DNA from: Balanoglossus misakiensis
Taxonomy: Eukaryota > Animalia > Hemichordata
Direction of reading: 5' to 3'
NCBI GenBank assembly: GCA_040954595.2
Contig: CM082576.2
Coordinates: 11,163,129 to 11,227,128 of the forward strand
DNA length: 64,000 nucleotides
Shown here: positions 1 through 13,494 of the stretch, in pieces
How the letters are laid out: each line of letters starts with the position of its first letter
Position numbering within the stretch: position 1 is the stretch's first letter
Program-made: the position numbers and the translations under genes
Notes under the pieces: model-generated
What the model was told of the DNA's origin: nothing
Seen by the model: only the letters and a program-made list of their open reading frames with translations
Databases searched by the model: none

Positions 1-2411
1 GAATTATTGATAATTAATTTCTGTGACCATGTTCATTTCCCCCGTAATTTGTCTAATACCACAGAGCAGATGTGAGTTTGTTCATGAATTCTGAGTGGGG
101 TGACCGTGGTTCGCGCCGTCGCACCAATTTCCTTCGCTATGTCACGGAGAACACGTATACTTTCGCAACCGAAAACCGCTGGAACAATGAGTTGGTGTTC
201 ACCTGGGATAAATGCCCAAACAAAACACGCCATTGTCCAATGTGTTGTTTCTGTACACCTCACTCTACTCGCTCCCGTCCAACAGAATCACAACAACCCT
301 GGCCTGATGAATGAAAAAGAAAAACCAACCAAGCTGGTAATACGGTATTAGTCTCATCCGAGTGCATCTTTTTGTTCTTCAAAATAACGTCAGACAATTT
401 ATTTTTAGATCTCTAAGGAATAACCGAAAATAAAATGTACGCTGTTTTTCTGTTTGGGTTCCGTTCAATAGAGATCACATGAAAGTATAAGACATTATCA
501 TGGTTATCGTGCGATCGGCGTACTATAAACTATGCATTGAAGCATAACTTCGACACAAGAGCGGCAACTTTGATACGTGATTCGCGTACTGTGAGGTGAC
601 TCGCGCCAGTGCACGTAAACCAGTATGTAGACGGGCCCAGACCAGCACAGGTCGCCGTTGAATGCCATATTGAAATATAGATTAGCTCTTCAGGTCGTGT
701 CGCCTTTTGGTTTTAGATTTACATAACAACCGGTTTGTATATATGGTTTGAAGGCACAATGTCATGTTTGGCGTGCAGTATATGATCATTTGAAGAGCGA
801 CCAATTACAACAGGTGCGGTTATACTTCATCGGAAACGGCGTCGGAATCAATAAATGAGAAGGAGCCATCGCGACCTGAATGAATGATACGATTTTACTC
901 ATAATACATATATTACTATTAACCAAAAATATTTGAGGAATTAAGGTATACTTGTGCATTGTGGTCTTGAGGTGTGAACCAAAAGAAAGTGGGAAACGAA
1001 GAATATGTTTTAAAGAATATACCTGTAGAACTCGTGGAATGAAATGTTGCTTATCATTAAATAGTGGCGATGCTATATAGATTACGCGACGGATATACTC
1101 AAGGCTTACTTGTGGTAAATACTGACATTATAGTAGCCGCGGGTGCGGTCTAGTCAGCGCGACCCAAGATCACGGAAAATTCCATCGTGATGGAACCGAA
1201 CGCTATTCCAAATTCTGCGATTCACATCAAAGTAAATCACACCTCCCTACAAAACGTTAAATTCAAACCAGATTGATAATTCCCTCCAGAATAATACGAC
1301 CGTAATAAAACGTGCAAGATCTATTGCCGATATGATATCGTCTGTTTCTTTCATCATCATTGGGGTGACGATGTTGTTAAATCCCTCTGTTTGAAAATTC
1401 CACTTTGTTTTCGTCACTTTTTTGACGTCACTGTAGACAATGATTGCCGTTTGGGTATTCGGCCGCTTTCTGTGTTTGCGGTTACTCTCAATAGCTTGTA
1501 CGTCATATTTTATGTTGCATGTGTCCTTGTGCATGTGCCGTTTCACACCATTATTTTGTTTTTTTGCCATGTCAAGCTATTCTTTGTGTATTTTCTGTGT
1601 CTTTTACGGGATTTCCTGTAAATACATTGGGACTGTGGACTGGGGCTGCTCAAGTGACCCCCCCCCCCCACCTTTTACCTGTGATGAAATGAACCAAATT
1701 AGACGCCTCCCATCTCTCTCTGTGCGTCTGTGTCTCTGACTCTCTCTCTCTCCCCCCGCTCTCTAAGGACGACCACATTCATTTCTTTCCTGTAAATGAC
1801 AGCCATAAAAAAAGGTAAAAAACACACGCACACACACCAAACATTACGCGTTTTCGGAAGGCACTTATATTCATCGAAATGGGACTATATATCTTGCTAT
1901 GGAGTGTAGTCCTACTGGTACAATCGGTAGCCAATTGTGCCAGCACGTTAGCTGTGACAGGGAAAAATAAATTAACGGGGCCACTTCAAACCATTCTAGT
2001 AGTTTGTTGCCTGTCCGATAGGATAAACTAATGACCAAAAGATTGTCATCAATTGCCAACGGGGCATCACTGATCCGTGGATAAACGAGCTCAACATCAA
2101 AACACTTGTTTTCATCTTATTCATACATATATTCTCTTGTCAATGAATCTAAAAATAAAGACCGAAAAAATGCGCAGCGGTTCGAAGGGTTACACAAATA
2201 AATCATGCAGTTGCCGCGAGTTTTACGGTAGATAGCACGTGTTTGATGGGGCGACGCGCTGCAGATTTGTTGATGAAGCTGTAAGTTCGGAAAGGACGAA
2301 AAAACTTGGTGAAGTCATGTCGACCCTTCGAATCAGACATTTGACCCCTATCGATCATTGTATTTGAAGTACGCCTATTTTTAAAACACGCGGCGTTTAA
2401 GACGTGCGATT

Positions 2412-3003
2412 AGAGAGGTTTAGTTACACGTAAATACGCGTACGTCTGACGGCAGGCAGTGGCGTTCGCGTATGCGTAGCGACGCGTGAATTTTGCGGTT
2501 TAGTTGTCCGTTTTGAATAACAAAAATATTTAAAAACAATAGAAAAATCAAATATTTATCACTTCAATAAATTTTGTGTGTGATGAATATTCTCTAAGAT
2601 CACCACCCATGCAATGAGTTTCTTGACTGCAGTGGAAAGATAGTTTAGTGAAGTTTTTCGATGTCTTTGTCGAGGCGTCCACTGAAAACGTAGTTTGGGA
2701 ATACATTTTTGTGTTTATGTTTTGAAAACACCAAATAGCGCCGGTTTTAACACATATGGCAGATTTTTTTTAGATAACATGGATGCTGGCTACATCACAA
2801 TTGCACTGCAGAGATCAATCGCTCAAATTAAAGAGAGAATATCGAGAAATTCCGAAAAAATGTTACACGTAATCATGATTACGCGTAGAAGCGTCGCTTG
2901 CCGTTCCGAACGTCTGTTCTACGCGTACGCGACCTCTGCTTATCACGTGACAATGACGCTACGCGTACTGATCGAACGTATTTACGTGTAACTAAACCTC
3001 TCT
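2412..3003. mobile_element. Non-autonomous DNA transposon (MITE), PIF/Harbinger-related
   Basis: Perfect 27-bp TIRs AGAGAGGTTTAGTTACACGTAAATACG / CGTATTTACGTGTAACTAAACCTCTCT, ATT on both sides (2409-2411, 3004-3006), no transposase ORF. Confidence 0.88.
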
Positions 3004-6000
3004 ATTATCGCTAATGCGGCTGCGGTACTAACATTCTCTGTAGACAAAGGCTATCCCCCAAGACTTGTGTATCCTGGAAGGATATCGCCGAAAGCGGTGG
3101 ATCTGGTGACCTTAAGTTGACCTCCGTCTAAACATAAATAACGACGTGTCTTCTTTGTTTGATACTGGTACAATCGAAGGGTCACGTAGGTTAGGAAACA
3201 GAATTGTGGAGTGCGCATTAAAGATAGGCTACTGAAAGATACTGTCAAAACTGATAAAAATCAAAATTGATAACGAAATTACTATAAGACATATACATTA
3301 CATATAGCCTATTAGCGATCTCATCACATCACAGCACAACACATCGCATCGCATCGTTGGGATTCTATCCACCAAAGCTTAAAGTAACATAATTTCAAGA
3401 TTCAAATGTTTTCACAGTGTAAAAAAGCGTGCATGGATAGATTAGGGTTAGTGGTTGAGAAATTATCACCGTATATAGGCCGTTCTTGCCCCATGCATCT
3501 CCCAGTACCTGTAACCTGCATAATTTTTTATGCAGGTTTAACACCGAACGAAACTTGTCATGTCGCGCGGGTCGATCAGTTCTAGCCGAGGAGACGTCGG
3601 TAAAACCGCAAAGTCTGATTCCCATGCATGATCGACCAAGAAAAGTAGTGAAATGTACTCAAAGTTTTCTCTGGTATATTTATTTACTTCCAATATGGCA
3701 ATGCCACCCGTACTTTTATTGCCGCGTCAATAGACGTCTGAGACTCGTTTTAGTTGCAATCATGCAGCATATAATGTATAATCCGCTCCTAAAACACGCC
3801 GTGCGTAAATGGAGATTTCTTTGTCACCGGCAGAGAATGGATCAAAAAGTGTTAGTTTTTGTCAGGCGAGTCTTTGACCAGTGAAGCACGGCAGAGAGTC
3901 TAGCTGTATCTTGGTCTTCACCGGGTTCGATGTCCGTACCTGGTGGATTGTATAGCCTTTGTGGGGCCGTGTGATTGGTTTGCACCAGGGTGATGTCAGG
4001 GTCCGCAGTTTCCCACGCCGCTACAGCACAAATATATGAAGCCTGGGCCTAAGCATTGTTTGGAGATAATTTCCGAATCTATATGATGGCGACCTCGTGT
4101 CTTCTTCATCCGAGCATTCACATTGAGAGGAAAGGAGAGTAATGTAATGAAAACTGGGTCTCTTGAGTACTATGCGCTTTGAGGTTTCCTTGAATGAAGT
4201 ATGTGTGTGATAACCCGAAACCCTTTTCGGTGTCTCGACCGCCAAGTTTCCATTCAAATAAAGCACGTTTTTCCGTCCCATTCCGATGTATGTCGTTTAG
4301 TTCAAAGGACAATAGTATATAGATGTTGTGCCTTGTATTTTATGGTGTGTTCGCAGGTGACCACAATGTCAGCGGGGGGGGGGGGGTATGCTCTGTACCA
4401 TAAGGTGTATTTGCACCCAGAAAGATGGCCCACCAGTACTATCTTCAAGATGGCCAAAAGAATACAATCGGCTCTCCACGGCTATCACAAGTATACATTC
4501 TAGACGTCACTACACCAGACAAATTGCACCCTCGGTCGTTTCCTGACCATCAGACCAGTCTGAAAGTCGGACGAACAACAATCACAACAGTTTTTTTCAT
4601 AAATCACATCCTGTGAGCGACTGCTAATACCATGTCATTATATTGCGTGGACGTAACGTAATTTCTACTCTTAAATTTCCCCCATTGTGTGCTAAGCCAT
4701 ATTTTCATGCCAATTACACAGCTGCACTTTTAAATCACATGTTGTGCCGAATATATCCGAGACGGGCCAGGCCCCTGCCTAATAGATCTATTGATGCCGT
4801 ATACAATGAGGGTTGATCTAAACATCTTCGCAGAGCTATACACACCAGCCGATGGGATGAAGTTAGCAGTGAAAGTTGCCATGGCACCTGCGAGTCCATT
4901 CAGTGTTTGAAGAAGATCGTTTCCCACATTCCATAGTCAATGAAGTCACCAAACGTAAAAACATGTCATTTTGACTGATAATCTACATGATCAATTACGG
5001 TCGAAAAAAAACCCACTTCATATAGAGGGCTGCTACAGCAATGACAGTATGAAACACGATGTGTATTACAGGTATTTAAACACGGTCCCCCGACAATAAA
5101 CAACACGCGTGGACTTGTCGGTTGTTTCAACGGCAGGGGGCAGACTAAACGTATTACGTATAAATAGCGATATCGCATTCCTTGTGGTAACTGTTGGTGT
5201 CTGCAGTATATGGTATATACCGTTTGGGGGCTTCGAACCTTACGCATGTATGATAAACACCGACACGTGACCACACAAAACACTGAGGATGATGTCATTC
5301 TATGAAATAAGCTCATGTCACGTTTGGAGTAATGAATGACGACTTGTTTTTTGTCAATTTAATCTGAGCTCAGATCCATTAACTGCAGTGTATTTTTGGT
5401 ATTTTTTAAAAGTATTTTTCTGTTCTTTGTACCACTGCACTTTCTTGCAGTGCACTACTCTACTCGCCAACATGTCCGAAATTAAAGTGCAGCAGATAGG
5501 GCATATATATACTGATAACACGACCCCAAAGTACAGCTAATGGACGTCGACAGATATACCTGCGATCGTGGAAGTTTTAGAAGAGTGACAAAGTTCAGGC
5601 CCGTCACCTGTGATCAAATGAACCGCCTCTCGTCTCTCTCTCCCCCTCCCTCTCTCATAGACAACTCTAGATTTTGTAAAATGTGCCACTTTAAATCAAC
5701 AATTACACAGTAGTAGGAATACTTTCTCTGTGGTTTTGGACGGTGACAGTATAAACACAATTTACCCCAAATTTGCAAACTATGGACAACTTGAAGATGA
5801 AGTTGCCCGGTCGGGGACTTGAAGAAGTCGCACGAGACCCCGAGGATGCGCGAGATTCGCGGTAAAACGAAATTCGACAAGACTCGTCTTGGATCTTTGA
5901 GTTTTAATATTCCATTTCAGTTCAACGTAAAAGCTTAAAGTGAAAGTTCATCCGTTTCCTGTGAGATTAATTAAATCACATCCCATTGGAATGTTAAAAG

Positions 6001-8539
6001 GATATGTGAGTAATTATACTAGCGCTTCTACGTGTCAGCTTGGCTTAGGAAAACGTCACTTCAACAGGTCTGCCCGCTTTAAAATTTAATTGTATTACTT
6101 TTACGTGTAGATAGCCTAACTGTGTGACGGCATTCTGGGTGTTGTAAACGGCGACTGGAATGCGAATGGCATTTATCGTGATTCACCGGGATTCTGTCAG
6201 TAACAAGGAGTTTCGTAACCCCGGAGAATCAATGAATGGTCATTGCACGATTCTGACGAAAGCTTACACAAGCTAAAATAATATTGTTTGAATACATGTA
6301 TGGAGAAATCCGGTCTACGGAAGGCGGAGTTTGGTTGAACCTGGGCCCGACTTCGTCATCGGAACCCACGTATAAATTAACGCATCCCACATCCGGCAGT
6401 GATCTGTAAAAGATTGCCGAGTGGAGATTTTTTTTAGATGTAGGTCCCGGCCTCGTTAATTCTTATCAGAAACCAACGCCCACGAAAGTCGGACTGTAAA
6501 AAGCGTTTATCTAGCGAAAAACGCGCACCAGAATCAAAGAACGCGGAATTCTTGGCATGTTTTGGCCTGAATCCACCCGAAGTGATTAACATTCAAACGC
6601 CAGCGATGAAGTCCGTACTTCGCACTCGTGCCTCAAAAGAGTAAACAGAAACGGTAAAAACAACTCAAAGTTCGCTGCCACAGTTCGCCGAAATGTTATT
6701 TCTAGCCTTGATATCGCACCATAGATCACGTTGTGGGAAACCATGTGGTTCAAATATATTAAGCTCGCTGAAGTATCTCTCTTCTAAACTTCTTCGAGTC
6801 GGTTCAAAAGAGTCTAAAATTGTTTAATAGTGCGTCACATGCACTGGGATTCTTTCCTCGGTGGGCTCCGCTGATTTGATTGACGTTAGCCTATAATCAA
6901 TGTACGAAACAGATTTCTATCATGGGAAAATACTACTTCTCACACTGAAAGTTGTTTATATCGCTTTTCGTCTGAACATCGGTAGTCGGGATTTTCTGTT
7001 TCGAGAAGATTGAATCATCTCCCTGAAGTACATGAAGGGTGTGGGTTTACTGCCACGGAGGGCAACGCGGGAAATTCGTGACTATGCGCCATGTCATGTA
7101 CGTGCACTTATTTCTATTTCGACTGGTGGTATTAAAAGTCAATTATAATTCGAGACAAAGCTGTGGAGAGCCCGTGAGCATACCTTGTAATAACAAAATG
7201 AAAACGGGAGACCGTTAGTCACGTGAACAAATATTCCGGTCCCGTGTCCTTAATGCAATTTTCGTGGCAAATTTCTCAAACCTAAAAACATGATTCGAAG
7301 ATGGAGTTCGACGTATGCCGTTTCGTGTTTAATTGAGAAGTAAATGCCAGTGGTACTCGCGGTGCATGCGAAACCCATGATTGTACTATCTCGTGCGCTG
7401 ATTTACGGATTATCCTTTACAAACGACGGGAAAAAAACTATCACATGCATGTTGCATTGGCAGTTCTCAGTAGTAGATAGATCGTCAACGATGACGGTGT
7501 CAAAAAGCCAATGGGCATAGGCATACGTAGTTTTCAGCGAACTTGGTATTCCTCCCACACAAAAAGAACCCACTATTTTCCAGGCTAAGAGAATTCCATT
7601 CCTCAAAGAGAAGAGCGTATACCCCGAAGGAGCGCATTCTAATTCTAAATTTACCCTGTTTACAGCTAACATCCTGGCTGGACCCGAATATGGCGGGGAG
7701 GGGGGGGGGGTGTGCAATTTACTGGCTAATAGTTACATGATCACCTGGTGCCCACGGTGCAATTTATTACTTCGTTCTCCTTTTAATCCTTTGCACGATA
7801 TCTCTTTCCGATTCATGTTGACGGAAGTTTATTGTGAAAGGTTTGTTCCGGTGTCTGCTATATAAGCCCTATAGTCGCTGATGATCAATTTAAAGCTGTC
7901 CTCACTGTTGAAAGGGTCATTGTAGGACAGTATATACGTTACATGTAAGTTTCAAATAAATGAAACAATCCATTAATTTATACCAATTATGACCATGGTC
8001 AAAATTTGAAAATCGCTGTGATTTTTTTTTTTTTTTTTGGGGGGGGGGAGTTCAAGTTTGGTCATATACTGTAAGTGACACTTTGAATGTGTATCGCCAT
8101 TTTGTGGTCAAATGACATATAAAGTATATGGCATATGATAGCGTGGGGGTAGGGTGTGTATCAGACAATTTATTGGCATGGATTCTGTTTGGCAAAAGTT
8201 TCTTAGGAATTGAATTGAGCTCTGGAACAAAACCGAACATAACTGGGACTTCAGAAGTGGGATGGGCGTGTGCCAAAATTACTGAATGTCGTCATGGTCA
8301 CAAAGAGCTCGTTAACAGTGGTAACAATTGACACACCTAAAAAAGAGGAAGGAATCTAGCCACAAAATTCAATGGAATGTTTTTCCCGTGGGCGAAATTA
8401 TCCAAGTGGTGGCTGGAAATATGGGTTGTGTCTGCGAGCACGTTCGCGGCGGCCATCACTATATATCGGGCGTAAAGCGGTTTTCTTATCGCTTGACCAT
8501 TCCACGTACAGTAGATCACGATAAATGTTGTTGTATAGC

Positions 8540-9262
8540 TGCGATTGGAGAACACATTCCCGCTAACACCTCCCCAAAGTTGGTTTCTTCGCCAGCTACT
8601 GGTGTTGCTCAACGATTCGCGAGTGTGATTGGTCAATGCAAGTATGGCGACACTATTTACCCCGACCGTAATTGGATATCCCGTTATTCACAGTGGGACG
8701 TAGGCAACGGGGGGTAGCACACTTTCTCTGCCGGGAGGTGCGACGGTGCCCGGAAGAGCCGGGCACACTTTGCCCGCAATGATTGACGGCGAACAATGAA
8801 TACTAATAACGGCTAGCGACTATCGTACATTGTGCAACCAAAAGAAGGTGTCCGGTTCACACTATTTGGCGCCGTGGTGGCCAATCAGCATTGTTGCTGA
8901 CCCAGCCCCCCCAAAGGTGTCGGGGTTGACTAAATACACAATTTTTTCTTCCCACTTTTCATACATCGACGATCCGTGTTGGGGAGAAGTGTGTTTCTCT
9001 AGCTGGAGGTACTGAACCGCGGTCGCGCTCCTTCACGCGCAGTTGTTGCCAAACGTGCAGCGTGAGCCGAGCCCTCCTTGGTCACTTCCTTGTTTTTTTT
9101 TTGGACTAGCGGTGTGTACGTGTTACGTCGACGCTCTGACATCTCTCTACGTGCTTCTACGTACATATATGGACTTGGGAAGAAACATCTTGACGTTCGC
9201 TTTTTCACGTACCCAACTTTTATTCCTGTAAATCTTGGCGAAGTGACACTACACTCACGGCG
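8540..9262 (+). promoter_or_regulatory. Putative CRIM1 promoter / 5' UTR
   Basis: CpG-rich stretch directly upstream of the ATG. CCAAT boxes: ATTGG 8544-8548 and 8628-8632, GGCCAATCAG 8879-8888. TGGCGCC at 8867-8873. The transcription start cannot be determined from sequence. Confidence 0.55.
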
Positions 9263-9572
9263 ATGGCCTCCGCGCGACTGATCGAAGTGTTGTTGTTGGT
9301 GGTGATATCTTTGGGAGCGGGCACTGTCATCGGCCATTCCTACTCGTGCCAACAACCGTGTGATACCGACGCATGTCCACCGACAAATTACTGCAAAGGG
9401 GGTCTTGTTGACGACATCTGCGGCTGTTGTCAAACGTGTGCCAAACTTGTTAATGAAACGTGCGGCGGTATTGATAATATTTTCGGGAGTTGTGACGAGG
9501 GCTTGTACTGTGCTGTACCCCCACCGGCGCATGGAGATCCTATCACGGCCAACGAAATGGGCACATGCCAAC
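9263..9572 (+). CDS. CRIM1: CRIM1 exon 1: signal peptide + IGFBP N-terminal domain
   Basis: MASARLIEVLLLVVISLGAGTVIG signal peptide, then CQQPCDTDACPP..DICGCCQTCAKLVNETCGG..GSCDEGLYC (IGFBP CGCCxxC motif). Kozak gcgATGg. Donor C|GTAAGT at 9573, phase 1. Confidence 0.95.
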
Positions 9573-10733
9573 GTAAGTATGACTGGACTTCGACTACGTA
9601 TTACTGTATGTTGCATTCATTGTAAACAACCTGTTTTTTTCTAGCGTGTGTGTGTATGTGTACACGACCGACTTTGAAGTAGTAGTACTTTACTCGCAAT
9701 CGTTCACTCACTCATGTATTAGACATTGACGTTGGCGCATGACGCTCTACAAACGACAAAATGATTGTGTGACTGTCATTTTGAAAAATGAGTTCGGCTT
9801 GACGTCGGCTGCATTCTGGGGCTGAGCTAAAACATGTTGACTTCACTGTCATTACAACAAACCGTCGCGTGACTCGATCTTCTTTATTCTCCCCTGAAAG
9901 GACCCACATATTTCTCGAACATTAAGTAGTCTATTACCATATGAACAATGAAAATGTACATGTCTGAGAGATAGTGGTTTACACTCAACACGTCTGCTGG
10001 AAGTGTTAATCAGCGACCGGCATTCCTTACCAATTTCCATACATTATAAGTTGAGAACGGGGTCGTTTTCGGTTTCCCTGTACAGACAGCGCACAAAAAC
10101 CGACAGCCACCAAAACATTTGGAACACAGACATTTGCCCTTGAGAGCCACAATACTTAATAGACAACCGTCTAGACCAACATTAAATATTACTGTTCGTC
10201 TGCAACACAAACACGAAATACTGGACATACGGATAAGTTACGCGACGGAATACGATAACGCGGCTGGATATGATTGATCTGCCCACATCAAGCCATGGGC
10301 GTTCGGAAGTGTATTTCATCTCTTGGCAACAAAATAGGGGAAAGATGAGGCGAGAGAAAAAATGCGCCTTTGTTCATTATCAGGGGTCGATAATTAAACG
10401 TACATGTATCGTGGGGTGGTGTTTATTTCGATAATCGTCCGCAAATAATTGATATTCATTAGTAATTTTTGGGGGAACCATCACGAGTAGTGTATGTCAG
10501 TAACTATGGCAACTTTACTCTTTAGAAACAAACTTTCAATTTACTTTTTGTGGGTGAAAACAAATATATATTTGTGCCGCGTTTGTCGCCGTGCGCGTGC
10601 TTTCCATTATCCACGGCCCCCTTTAGTGATGCGATGATGATAAAAGGGGGCGCGGAAATTTCTGATTAGTTTACTGAATGAGTTGATAAGAAGTCGTACA
10701 CACATAAATCATATCCACTGTTACTCATTGCAG

Positions 10734-10886
10734 AGAAGCCAGACCACTTGAAACCTTGTGACCGCCTATACTATGGCTGCAACATCGAAAACATGGAATG
10801 TGTTTGCGACACCACCGTCAAAGCTTGTACCAATCCTTACCAGTTTAGTGACAAGAAAGAATGTCGCAGAGCGCTGTCTCTGGGAG
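10734..10886 (+). CDS. CRIM1: CRIM1 exon 2: Cys-rich segment
   Basis: Acceptor cattgcag|, reads KPDHLKPCDRLYYGCNIENMECVCDTTVKACTNPYQFSDKKECRRALSLG, resembling vertebrate CRIM1 GCNI..CEC....C.NPFEF. Donor G|GTGAGA. 153 nt, phase 1-1. This frame is not in the ORF track. Confidence 0.92.
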
Positions 10887-13494
10887 GTGAGACTTTTTCA
10901 TGATTTGACGGCCGTGATTTTGTCTGGCCGGCCTTTCCTCGTGTCTATTGTCCGATGTGAACAGAACAATGTGAAATTTATGTGCCGGAGACTAGACGAA
11001 CTCAATGTTACATGCTCCGATAGTTTTCCCCCATTTTATTACCCCATTCCTATTAAAGGGTGGTGCGTTTGCTTTTGGCATCGTTTCTTGGAGTCGCACT
11101 TTGCGCGGGTTGACGACCGAAGTGTTTTAATGAAGTGTTTTGTTTTGAAGGGCAATCTTCTGTGGACATTGTTTCACGTCATTGCGTCAATTAAATCGAT
11201 TGGTGTTACGCAACCATATTTCGGCGAAGTGGGAGTTAGGTTTCTTGGTTCATTACCATGTTTCATGCACCCCCAAAACCACAGCATTTAAATTTCATAC
11301 TTGATTACTTTCCTACAAAAAAACATCATGTGCCCCAAGCCATCGATGTGTTCCTTGGTATAGGCAAATTAAGCTGGCATACAGTACACAAGCAGGTGTA
11401 AAACAGTGAAGATTGATGACAATAGAAAAAAAAGCTTACCTATGAAAAACAAGGTATATGCAAAACACAGGCAAGTCCATATAAACACACTGATTAATTA
11501 ATCATGCAAGGGAAGTTTAAACATCTAATTGATTTAAGACTTTCAATAAACCAGTTATCAGATTTGGTGGGTTTTATCTGTTTGGTTACTTATCAGCTCA
11601 AGGGATAGGTGCTGACAGTTGGCAGGAAGTGTGAACTAGCTGCTATGTTTGGACAGCTAATTGCTGAGAACAGTTCAAGATACCCTTTTATCAGACAGTT
11701 ACATTCACTGGTATAGCACACAGGGCCCTCTCTCACTGTAAACATGGTCACTCAACAAAGTGGTCACTGGTGTAAACAGGATACACAAAGGTGTATGCAA
11801 GCTACACACTTTACTTTCTGGAGAATGATGGAGAAAAGGGTAGACAAGTGATTCCCTTTAATTAAACTGTGATCGATCAAGACTTGGTATTTTTTTGTTG
11901 TTGTGCGAGGAAAGCTTGTGGAAGGTGTGTTTCTGATGTTTGAAACGCAGCTAGATACTATTCAGCAGACTCTGGCAATTTCAAACGAAAACGCTCAATC
12001 ACGTCGGAAGATCAGAGAATTCGATAGTTGGGTATTTACACTTTGTTATTCAGGCTGTCAGTTTGTCAAAGGGTGTTGGAACTCGGTGATAAACAGAGCG
12101 GGATTGTCACCGCTGAAACCCTAACTGCTGAGGTTAAATTAACACTAACTAAAAGAACAGCATATTGTGTGAGCAGCTTAAAACATAAAGGAGGCTTTCA
12201 TGTAGCATTTGTGAGCTTTACTAGTGTTAATATCAAGGTGTCTTACTATACCGTGGCTTACTGCCAAAACAAGGCCGATGAATAGGGCTTTGTTAACCCC
12301 CCCTTCGTTCATTGTTTAATCCGCCACTTGTGTTGATCTCCAAGAGTAAATGAGAGGAGGGGGGAAGGAGGAGGGAGACCAGTTGACCTGGAAGCAGACA
12401 TGCTCAACTGGCAGTCCTCATCTTTTGATCTTTCTTGCGACAAAGGGGGTCTTCTCGTGTCCAGACTTGCATGTCGCGGCCCCGGAACTCGGTGATCTGT
12501 GTTTGAGTCCACAACCTCTTGAGCACAGACTTCAGTACCAAATCAACTGTGGGAGAAAACATCAGTATTGACACCGAAAAGCACACACGACAAAATCAAA
12601 CATCAAAGAACAAAGGAATGCATTATTGTGATGTATGTTATTTTAGAAAATAAGCTGCAAGGCCTTGACAAAAAAAAAAAAAAAAAACACTCAAAAGAGA
12701 TCATAGGAATTGTGGAAATAAATTTAATTGAGACTGATTTTATATATTTTTTTTCACATCGACAATTCTCGTTTCCATGGTATTAGTTTCAGCTGAGATT
12801 TAAAGCACCATCTGTGGTATAACATTTTGCTTTTTGTTTACCATGGGGCTTTAAGTATGAAAATACGGCACTTAGGCACTCCTCATGTATATTGTAACAC
12901 AATACATCTATTTATTCTTGTTTTTACATTGATGACTCATCAAGTCTAGCATCACAGTTTGCTTTATTATTATCAAACTTTTGGGTTCTCCAAAGAGCAA
13001 TAGCTTGCACTCACCAAGAAACAATTCACAAAGAAACGTGGAACGTGCTCATGTGCACTGCACTCCATCCATTATCAGCAGGGCACCTGGAGTGTAGTGT
13101 GCAGAGAAAACTGTCCAAATGATTGCAAAGAACTACAAGTTGCAGGTTCAATCTTCATCTACATAATGATGCATTGAAAAGCAATTTCTTTATGCCATTT
13201 CACCTTGGGATCTGGAAACTCTGTAATGAACGTGTAGAGACACAAAGACAGGAAACTACGCATACAAGTAAGAGTGAAGGCAGTCGCCAAGGACACAAGA
13301 GATCATTGACAACATTTATTGTGGTGTAAATGCCAACAGTTTCAAAGACAAAGCCCCAGGAACTCTGAACTTTTGGCAAATTTTTAGTATTTTTTTCCCA
13401 TGGATCAAGTGCAGTTTCTTGTTCTACTCTGGATGACGTTCTGAAATATATTCAGTCTATAATTTGCCAACAAAGCCTCTGTAGGAGTAATGGC

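Noticed and set aside
3051-3248. Minus-strand ORF with KKTRRYLCLDGGQL, faintly like an FGF/beta-trefoil strand
   Set aside because: The match is short, there is no convincing donor site or partner exons, and a stop follows soon. TBLASTN or RNA-seq would be needed to revive it.
3830-4930. Short open frames with coding-like composition on the minus strand
   Set aside because: I could not build a consistent exon chain or recognise any protein family.
8999-9616. 205-aa minus-strand ORF
   Set aside because: It is the antisense shadow of GC-rich CRIM1 exon 1 and has no recognisable domain.
10758-11291. 177-aa plus-strand ORF
   Set aside because: It overlaps exon 2 in the wrong frame and runs into the intron. 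The Cys-rich CRIM1 frame is the real one.
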